64,000 nt of DNA from Paracoccaceae bacterium (GTDB taxonomy: Bacteria; Pseudomonadota; Alphaproteobacteria; Rhodobacterales; Rhodobacteraceae): contig JALSJM010000005.1 of NCBI GenBank assembly GCA_026989355.1, forward strand, positions 344,717 to 408,716, in the 5' to 3' direction. This document shows, in pieces, positions 57,488 to 64,000 of this stretch. Made by a program: the position numbers and the translations under genes. The notes beneath the pieces are model-generated. The model had not been told where the DNA came from, searched no databases, and saw only the letters and a list, made by a program, of their open reading frames with translations. Every line of letters begins with the position of its first letter. Positions within the stretch are counted from its first letter, which is position 1.

Positions 57488-58306
57488 TCAGCGCATCCTG
57501 ATCGGCGGGCCCAGATCCTTGGGCGCGATCGTCGCCACATAGGCCAGAAGATCGTCAAGATCGCGCTGACTCAGCAACACCGGCGCCACATGCAGCGGAC
57601 GGGCGGGATCCTTGTCTTCGCTCATCTCCTCGACCGTCACCACCGCACGATGCGGGTTGGCGGCCCAGAAGGCAGCGAAGGTATCTTCCCAATCCTCGAA
57701 GCTGCGCATGGCAGCGAAGGAAGGGGTGGACCCGATTCCTGCAAACGGGTTTTGTTCGTCAACCACATGGCAGCGCATGCAATGGCGCCGCGCCAGTTCG
57801 TATCCGCGCGCCGGATCGCCCGCAAACCGCCTTTCCTCGACAATCCCGGCCTGCTCGGGCGCGGGTTCGAACAGCGGCGCGCCGCCCGGCGGAAAGGCGG
57901 CGATGGCGGCGCGGCCCGGCTTGCTTTGAAGCCATTCCAGAAAGGCCTCGGCCCGGGGCCGCGCATCCGCCCCTTCGGGCGGCAGGCGCAGATGCCATAC
58001 GGTGCCGTCGGCCTTGCCGGAGAATACCGGCACGCCCGGCGGTACGGGCGTCAGCGCCATGTCGGCCGCGCCACCCGGTTCGGTCAGGCCAACCCGGATG
58101 CGCGTCTTGAAACGGAAACGGGGAAGCAGATGCCGCAAGAGCCCGCTTTCCTGCAGAGCCGGCGGCGCCTCCAGCGTGATATCGGGGGGCGCGGCCCGGG
58201 CGGCGGTGCCCCCTTCCAGCAGAATGCCCGCCAGCAGCACAAGGCAGATTGCCGGCAGCCACCCCGCCAGCCCCGCATGTTCGTTCCGGCATCGCTTGAC
58301 ATGCAT
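57488..58306 (-). CDS. periplasmic protein: degenerate TupA-like segment fused to a c-type cytochrome domain
   Basis: ORF 57488..58615, with the start placed at ATG 58304-58306 after GGGAGGAAGG. It has a signal/TM segment and a single CXXCH motif (CMRCH). Its N-terminal half aligns by eye with the ends of the TupA in this window. Confidence 0.55.
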   Translation of the reverse strand: MHVKRCRNEHAGLAGWLPAICLVLLAGILLEGGTAARAAPPDITLEAPPALQESGLLRHLLPRFRFKTRIRVGLTEPGGAADMALTPVPPGVPVFSGKADGTVWHLRLPPEGADARPRAEAFLEWLQSKPGRAAIAAFPPGGAPLFEPAPEQAGIVEERRFAGDPARGYELARRHCMRCHVVDEQNPFAGIGSTPSFAAMRSFEDWEDTFAAFWAANPHRAVVTVEEMSEDKDPARPLHVAPVLLSQRDLDDLLAYVATIAPKDLGPPIRMR

Positions 58307-58441
58307 CCTGCCTTCCTCCCATCTGTAATCGTAGCCGAGACGGTGCGGATGTCCAAACCGCACGCAGCTGCCTGGCCCCGGAACCGGGAAAAGCTTCGGG
58401 GGCCGGCAGGATCGCAGAACAGGACAACAGGGGAAAACATC

Positions 58442-58654
58442 ATGAATGACGAAACCTTCAACATGTCCATGCGCAAGTTTCTGAAAACGGTGGGCGTGAC
58501 ATCGCAGCAGAAGATCGAAGAGGCCGTGCGCCGGGCGCAAGAACGGGGCGCACTTCCCGAGGGGCCGCTGCCGGTGCGCATGGTGCTGACGATCGAGCCC
58601 CTCGGACTTGCTCACGAAGTGAATGGTGAAATCCGCACCGAAGGCAGCGCATGA
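58442..58654 (+). CDS. DUF6494-like small protein
   Basis: 70 aa: MNDETFNMSMRKFLKTVGVTSQQKIEEAVRRAQERG... Its stop overlaps the apbC start. The family name is from memory. Confidence 0.5.
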   Translation: MNDETFNMSMRKFLKTVGVTSQQKIEEAVRRAQERGALPEGPLPVRMVLTIEPLGLAHEVNGEIRTEGSA

Positions 58655-59760
58655 GCACGGAAGACAAGGTGCGCGCGGCCCTTTCCGGGGTGATTGATCC
58701 GGGTTCGGGGCGCGACATCGTCAGCGCCGGAATGGTGAGGGGGCTGAGCATGTCGGGCGATACGGTGCGCTTCGTGATCGAGGCAGATCCTGCCCGCGCG
58801 CCGGCACTGGAACCCCTGCGCCGTGCAGCCGAAGAGGCGGTGAAGGCTCTGCCGGGCATCGAACATGTGGCTGCCGTGCTGACGGCCCATGCCGCGCCCG
58901 GTACAACCCCGGCACCGGGGGCGGCCAGCGGGCCGAAAGGGCCGCCGCCCGATCTGAACCTCGGCCGGAAAAAACCAGCGCCGCCGCAGAAGAAGCTGCC
59001 CGAGGGGGTGAGCCGGGTGATCGCCGTGGCCTCGGGCAAGGGCGGCGTGGGCAAAAGCACCGTCACCGCCAACCTGGCCGTGGCACTGGCCGCGCGGGGC
59101 AGGCGGGTGGGGGTGCTGGATGCCGATGTCTATGGCCCCAGCCAGCCGCGGATGCTGGGCGTTTCGGGCCGCCCTTCAAGCCCCGACGGCACCACCATCC
59201 TGCCGCTGCGCAATCACGGGGTGACGCTGATGTCGCTTGGATTGATAACCGGCGAAAACGAAGCGGTGATCTGGCGCGGACCGATGCTGATGGGCGCGCT
59301 CCAGCAGATGCTGGGACAGGTGCAGTGGGGCCGGCTCGACGTGCTGCTTGTCGATCTGCCCCCCGGCACCGGCGATGTGCAGATGACGCTGGCACAGAAG
59401 GTGCCGCTGGCCGGTGCCATCGTCGTTTCCACACCCCAGGACATCGCCCTGATCGACGCCCGCAAGGGGATCGACATGTTCAGCCGCATGGAGGTGCCGA
59501 TCATCGGCCTGATCGAAAACATGGCCGGCTTCGTCTGCGACGGCTGCGGCAAGCTGCATCACCCCTTCGGCCACGGGGGCGCCCGGGCCGAGGCCGAGCG
59601 GCTGGGGGTGCCCTTCCTGGGCGAGATTCCGCTTGACCTGGCGGTGCGGGAGGCCAGCGACAGCGGCGCACCCGTGGTGCTGCAGAATCCCGAGGGGCCC
59701 GAAGCCGCTGCCTTCTGGAAGATCGCCGATGCGCTGACCGGCAACGGGGTGATTGCATGA
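58651..59760 (+). CDS. apbC: Fe-S cluster carrier ATPase Mrp/ApbC/NBP35
   Basis: 369 aa. It has an N-terminal DUF59-like domain, a deviant Walker A (ASGKGGVGKST) and the CXXC cluster-ligand motif (FVCDGCG). Confidence 0.9.
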   Translation: MSTEDKVRAALSGVIDPGSGRDIVSAGMVRGLSMSGDTVRFVIEADPARAPALEPLRRAAEEAVKALPGIEHVAAVLTAHAAPGTTPAPGAASGPKGPPPDLNLGRKKPAPPQKKLPEGVSRVIAVASGKGGVGKSTVTANLAVALAARGRRVGVLDADVYGPSQPRMLGVSGRPSSPDGTTILPLRNHGVTLMSLGLITGENEAVIWRGPMLMGALQQMLGQVQWGRLDVLLVDLPPGTGDVQMTLAQKVPLAGAIVVSTPQDIALIDARKGIDMFSRMEVPIIGLIENMAGFVCDGCGKLHHPFGHGGARAEAERLGVPFLGEIPLDLAVREASDSGAPVVLQNPEGPEAAAFWKIADALTGNGVIA

Positions 59761-60485
59761 AGGAACTCTACGAAGACACTTCCCCGCCATCCTTCCCGCC
59801 GCTTCTGCGCGGCGAGGCCGTGCCCGCGGCGATCGATCCGCTTGCCAAGGCCGAAGCCCGGGGCATGAAGGGCGCCGATCCGGGGCTGGTGGTGTGGTCG
59901 CGCGACGAAACCAACATGCGCGTGGCGGTGCTGTTCACACCCGGAATTCCGCTGTCGCGCGCCATGGGGGGCGCATTTGCAATGATGCTGGGGGCGGCCG
60001 ATGCCCTTGGCGCGCTGGCCCCGCCCGAGGTGGCGGTGCATTTCAGCTGGCCAGGCCGCTTGCGCGTGAACGGCGCCCGTTGCGGCGTGCTGCGCGCCGC
60101 CGCGGCCGGCCATGATCCCGCCGCCGTGCCCGACTGGCTGGCCTTTGCCCTGACCATTCCGATCCTGCCCACCGGCACCCATGAACCGGGACACATCCCC
60201 GACGAAACCACCCTGCACGACGAAGGCTGCGCCGATATCGCCGCACCGCGCCTGATCGAAAGCTTCGCCCGCCACATGCTGGTGTGGATGACCCGCTTCG
60301 AGGACGAGGGCCTTGCCCCCCTGCACAAGGCCTGGTGCCAGAAATGCGACGAGATCGGCACCCCCGTCGAAACACCCGGAAAGGGCCTGTTCCTGGGGCT
60401 TGACGAAGACGGCGGCATGATTCTGCGCAACGGCGGGGAAACCCGCATCATTCCCCTTGTCAGGTTGCTGGAGGACATGCCGTGA
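59757..60485 (+). CDS. biotin/lipoate protein ligase (BPL/LPL)-family protein of unknown function
   Basis: 242 aa, with start and stop both overlapping neighbouring genes. It has a WPGRLRVNGARCGVL block reminiscent of the BirA/LplA catalytic fold (WPNDL..GKK..GIL) but lacks the GRGRxGR / Lys signature. Confidence 0.55.
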   Translation: MKELYEDTSPPSFPPLLRGEAVPAAIDPLAKAEARGMKGADPGLVVWSRDETNMRVAVLFTPGIPLSRAMGGAFAMMLGAADALGALAPPEVAVHFSWPGRLRVNGARCGVLRAAAAGHDPAAVPDWLAFALTIPILPTGTHEPGHIPDETTLHDEGCADIAAPRLIESFARHMLVWMTRFEDEGLAPLHKAWCQKCDEIGTPVETPGKGLFLGLDEDGGMILRNGGETRIIPLVRLLEDMP

Positions 60486-60973
60486 AGCTTGCCCGCACCC
60501 TGCGCCTGGACATCTCGGATACCCAGGTATTCGATCATCCCGCCAATCCCGGCGAATGGGCCGTGTCGGGCGGTTTCGCCTTTTCGAACTGGGAAGAAGG
60601 CGATCTCGTGGGCAAGGCCCGTCAGGCCTTTGCCAACGGCTGGCTTGGCCTTGAAAGCTTCGGCCGTGCCACCTTCGTGGCCGTCACCCGGATCACACCG
60701 GCGGAATACGCGGCCGCCACCGAGGCACTGGCATGTCATTTCGTGGAAGGCTGGGGGGCACCCTCGCTCGAAGCGGCCCGCCCGGTAGCCGAAGAGGAAC
60801 TGGCCCATATGCGCGCCATGTGCGAGGACCACCCCGACAACACGATCCTGACGGTTGCGCGCGAACTGACCGGGGCCGGCGTGCATGAAACCTTCCGGGT
60901 GATCCCGGCACAGGCGGCGGGGCTTGAAAGCTTCGCGGTGCACGCCACACCGGACGATACCCCCGGAAACTGA
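60482..60973 (+). CDS. DUF6505-like protein (uncharacterised)
   Basis: 163 aa. The GTG start overlaps the preceding stop. The family name is from memory. Confidence 0.5.
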   Translation: MKLARTLRLDISDTQVFDHPANPGEWAVSGGFAFSNWEEGDLVGKARQAFANGWLGLESFGRATFVAVTRITPAEYAAATEALACHFVEGWGAPSLEAARPVAEEELAHMRAMCEDHPDNTILTVARELTGAGVHETFRVIPAQAAGLESFAVHATPDDTPGN

Positions 60974-61063
60974 CCCCCACCCTTCCCGATCCACCGCACC
61001 CTTCCCGCCCCCGGCATCCGGCACGGCCTTGACCATCGCACGGCGAAAGGGCATCTGAACCCC

Positions 61064-61402
61064 ATGATGATCTACAAGATCTTCCGCGCCGAAGAATGGC
61101 AGGCGCTAGAAACCGCGGGCGAAACGGCCGGAGCGCCGGTTGATGTGGCCGACGGGTTCATTCATTTCTCGACCGCCGGACAGGCACCCGAAACCGCCGC
61201 CCGTCATTTTGCCGGTGAAAGCGGGCTGGTGCTGGCGGCTGTCGATGCCACGCGCCTTGGCGATGCGCTGAAATGGGAGCCCTCGCGCGGCGGCGCCCTG
61301 TTTCCGCATCTCTACCGGCCACTGCGCCGCAACGACATCTGCTGGGCATGTCCTCTGCCCCTTGGCCCCACCGGCCACGAATTTCCGGACGCAATGCAAT
61401 GA
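61064..61402 (+). CDS. DUF952 domain protein
   Basis: 112 aa: [10 protein letters not shown]...DGFIHFST..Q......HF...........LKWE.SRGG.LFPHLY. Confidence 0.75.
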   Translation: MMIYKIFRAEEWQALETAGETAGAPVDVADGFIHFSTAGQAPETAARHFAGESGLVLAAVDATRLGDALKWEPSRGGALFPHLYRPLRRNDICWACPLPLGPTGHEFPDAMQ

Positions 61403-62457
61403 CGCTGATCGAACGCCTCGGCCTTGCCGCCCTGCACCGGCTGGACCCCGAGCGCGCCCATGCGCTTTCGATCCGGGCACTGAAGGCGGGGTTGGCACCG
61501 CTGCCCGGCCCGGTCACCTCGCCCCGCCTCGGAGTTGAAATCGCCGGGCTTGCCCTGCCCAACCCGGTAGGCCTTGCCGCCGGGTTCGACAAGAACGCCA
61601 AGGTGCTTGGCCCCCTTTCGCGCGCCGGGTTCGGCTTTGTCGAGGCCGGAGCCGTCACCCCCCGTCCGCAGCCCGGCAATCCGCGCCCGCGCCTTTTCCG
61701 CCTGCCGGAAGACCGCGCCGTGATCAACCGCTTCGGTTTCAACAACGAAGGCATGGAGGCCGTGGCCGCCCGCCTTGCACACCGCCCGCGAAACGCGGTG
61801 ATCGGCCTCAACCTCGGCGCCAACAGGAACAGCCCCGACCGGGCCGCCGATTTCGCCTCGGTGCTGGAACGGCTTGGCGAATACATCGATTTCGCCACCG
61901 TCAACGTGTCATCACCCAACACCGAGAACCTGCGCGATCTGCAAGGCCGCGCAGCGCTTTCGGTGCTGCTTCGGGGGGTGATGGCAGCGCGGGCGCAGCT
62001 TGCCCGCCCGATTCCGGTGTTTCTGAAGATCGCCCCCGACCTGACCGGTGGCGAAATCGACGAAATCGCCGAAGTGGCACTTGGCGAAGGCATCAGCGGC
62101 ATCATCGCCACCAATACCACCCTTTCGCGCCAGGGCCTGAAGGGCGCCGCGCGCGGCCAGAACGGCGGGCTTTCCGGCGCCCCTCTGTTCGCCCCCTCGA
62201 CCCGGGTGCTGGCGCGCCTGCATCGCACCACCGAAGGGCAATTGCCGCTGATCGGCGTGGGCGGAATCGGCTCGGCCGAACAGGCCTATGAAAAGATCCG
62301 CGCCGGCGCCACCGCCGTGCAGCTTTACACCGCCCTTGTCTATCAGGGCCTGTCGCTGGCCGCCAGGATCGCGCGCGGCCTCGATCACCTGCTCGAACGC
62401 GATGGTTTCGCCAATGTATCCGAAGCCGTCGGCACCAGCACGGAGAAATGGACATGA
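61399..62457 (+). CDS. pyrD: dihydroorotate dehydrogenase (quinone), class 2
   Basis: The start ATG at 61399 overlaps the DUF952 stop. Motifs: [50 protein letters not shown] and GGLSG. Confidence 0.9.
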   Translation: MTLIERLGLAALHRLDPERAHALSIRALKAGLAPLPGPVTSPRLGVEIAGLALPNPVGLAAGFDKNAKVLGPLSRAGFGFVEAGAVTPRPQPGNPRPRLFRLPEDRAVINRFGFNNEGMEAVAARLAHRPRNAVIGLNLGANRNSPDRAADFASVLERLGEYIDFATVNVSSPNTENLRDLQGRAALSVLLRGVMAARAQLARPIPVFLKIAPDLTGGEIDEIAEVALGEGISGIIATNTTLSRQGLKGAARGQNGGLSGAPLFAPSTRVLARLHRTTEGQLPLIGVGGIGSAEQAYEKIRAGATAVQLYTALVYQGLSLAARIARGLDHLLERDGFANVSEAVGTSTEKWT

Positions 62458-62798
62458 CCTTCACACTCTGGCACAACCCGCGCTGCTCGAAATCACGCGC
62501 CGCTCTGAAACTTCTGGAAGAACGCGGCTTCCGGCCCGAAATCCGCCTTTACCTCAAGGATCCCCCCACGGCCGGCGAGATCCGCGCCCTGCAGGGGGCG
62601 CTTGGCCTGCCGCTGATCGAAATGATGCGAACGAAGGAAGGGATCTTCCGCGAGCGCGGCCTTTCCCGCGAAAGCGACGACGCAACCCTGCTGCAGGCGA
62701 TCGTCGAACATCCGGTCCTGCTGGAACGCCCGATCCTGACCGACGGCAACCGCGCGGTGGTCGGTCGTCCGTCCGAACGGGTGCTGGAACTGGTCTGA
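62454..62798 (+). CDS. ArsC/Spx-family reductase (YffB-like)
   Basis: [18 protein letters not shown] is the ArsC-family N-terminal Cys motif. I prefer ATG 62454 because of its GGAG spacing (the track starts at 62448). Confidence 0.8.
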   Translation: MTFTLWHNPRCSKSRAALKLLEERGFRPEIRLYLKDPPTAGEIRALQGALGLPLIEMMRTKEGIFRERGLSRESDDATLLQAIVEHPVLLERPILTDGNRAVVGRPSERVLELV

Positions 62799-62904
62799 AG
62801 CGCGGCGTGCCCATACTGCCGGCTCCGGGGATACGCCTTCCTCCGGTTTTCCGCCAGAAAGGACCGAACCGGCGGCGACCGGCGGCTGCGGAACGGCCCC
62901 GCGG

Positions 62905-64000
62905 TCAACCCCCGACACCGCCCCCCGCCCGCGCCCGGACCGCCCCGGCCTCGAGCGCCGGATAACGCAGGCCCAGCGTGATTCCCCGCGCCACGAACGA
63001 AATCAGCAGCGCCCCCCACAGCCCGTGATTGGCAAAGGGCGGAAGCAGCATTGCCAGCGCCAGAAGATAGATCACGAAGGATACCGCCATCATGTTGCGC
63101 ATGTCACGGGTGCGGGTGGCTCCGATGAAAACGCCATCAAGCATCCAGGCCGCCCCGCCCACCAGCGGTGAAAGCACCATCCAGGGCAGGTAACGGCGTG
63201 CCTCGGCCCGCACGTCGGGGGCGGTGGTCATGATGTCGATGACCGCACCCCCCCACAAGGCAAAGGCCAGCGCCATCGCCAGAAGGCTGAGCGCAGCCCA
63301 GAAACCCGAAAGCAGCACCGCCCGGCGCAACCGGGCCCGGTTGCGGGCACCAAGCGCCTGCCCTACCAGCGCTTCGGCGGCAAAGGCGAAACCGTCCATC
63401 GCATAGGCCGTGATTTCCAGGAACTGCAGCAGCACCTGGTTCGCGGCCAGCGTCACATCTCCGAAATCTGCGCCAAGGAACAGGAAGGAAATGAACATCG
63501 CCTGCAGCAGCAGCGAACGCAACAGGATGTCGGAGTTCACACTGGCCATGTGGCGCAGCCGGGTTGCATCGAATACCCGGTCCCATGCCTTCCAGGCACC
63601 ACCGCGAAACCCGGCACGACAAAGCCACAGGCCAAGCCCGAGCCCGCTTGCCTCGGCGATCAGGGTGGCAACGGCCACCCCCTCAACCCCCCAGCCCAGC
63701 CCCAGCACGAACCACAGGTCAAGCAGGATGTTGAGCCCGTTCATCCACAGCTGGATCATGAACACGGCGCGGGTGCGCTCCTGGGCGATCAGCCAGCCGT
63801 TGATGCCGTAAAGGGCAATCGCCGCCGGGGCCGACCAGATGCGAATCCCCATGTAGGAACGCGCCATCGCCTCGACCTCCGGCGAGGCAGGCGACAGCCC
63901 GAAGGCCAACGCAAACAACGGCAGCTGCAGCATGATCAGCACCAGCCCCGAGACCAGCCCGATCATCAGCGCGCGCACCAGAAGCGCCGAAACCTCGGCG
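62905..64000 (-). CDS. MATE family efflux transporter (DinF-like), C-terminal part; gene continues past window end
   Basis: Polytopic, with the typical MATE pattern (ARSYMGIRIWSAPA...GINGWLIAQERTR...). The reading frame is still open at position 64000. Confidence 0.8.
   Translation of the reverse strand, partial: AEVSALLVRALMIGLVSGLVLIMLQLPLFALAFGLSPASPEVEAMARSYMGIRIWSAPAAIALYGINGWLIAQERTRAVFMIQLWMNGLNILLDLWFVLGLGWGVEGVAVATLIAEASGLGLGLWLCRAGFRGGAWKAWDRVFDATRLRHMASVNSDILLRSLLLQAMFISFLFLGADFGDVTLAANQVLLQFLEITAYAMDGFAFAAEALVGQALGARNRARLRRAVLLSGFWAALSLLAMALAFALWGGAVIDIMTTAPDVRAEARRYLPWMVLSPLVGGAAWMLDGVFIGATRTRDMRNMMAVSFVIYLLALAMLLPPFANHGLWGALLISFVARGITLGLRYPALEAGAVRARAGGGVGG

Overview
High-GC (visually about 65%) chromosomal segment of an alphaproteobacterium. 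Gene content and protein similarities recalled from memory (SQR, Ccr, Ecm, a VPLPA-CTERM protein) point to Rhodobacterales. The window is almost fully coding, with about 60 genes, and I saw no transposase, integrase, CRISPR array or rRNA.

Gene order along the window:
- gltX (partial), nadE
- a secreted MORN-repeat protein and a THxN/VPLPA-CTERM protein
- sqr
- a candidate Leu leader followed by leuA
- the mreBCD-mrdA-rodA cell-shape operon
- a 2-hydroxyacid dehydrogenase, SseB-like and UDG-family genes
- an ArsR regulator with a permease, then nhaA
- a KpsT/KpsE capsule-export pair and a phosphomannomutase
- tRNA-Gln(UUG)
- a TauE/TIGR02186 pair and a RecD-like helicase
- a LuxR/LuxI quorum-sensing locus with AT-richer intergenic regions
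- the ethylmalonyl-CoA pathway genes ccr and ecm, split by an acyltransferase
- a PepSY / cytochrome b / membrane-anchored LuxR-HTH trio
- deoD and an SHMT-family enzyme
- a PotABCD-type ABC importer and the tungstate transporter tupBCA
- a large periplasmic Cys-type formate dehydrogenase locus
- DUF952, pyrD, an ArsC-family gene and a partial MATE transporter

The formate dehydrogenase locus is the best candidate for a poorly described system. Its operon carries a DsrMK/HdrD-like module after the usual subunits. It is flanked by a set of uncharacterised accessory genes: a TAT-target peptide, a TorD-like chaperone, DUF3306, DUF3305, a 666-aa poly-ferredoxin, a degenerate-TupA/cytochrome c fusion, and DUF6494-ApbC-BPL-like-DUF6505.

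Other observations worth a second look:
- an unannotated LLLL leader peptide upstream of leuA
- a perfect 11-bp hairpin that buries the luxI Shine-Dalgarno
- a small ORF and a perfect 17-bp palindrome upstream of luxR
- a PotC-like permease with a 188-aa repeat-bearing C-terminal tail

All functional calls come from reading the translations and from memory of protein families. No database search was run.
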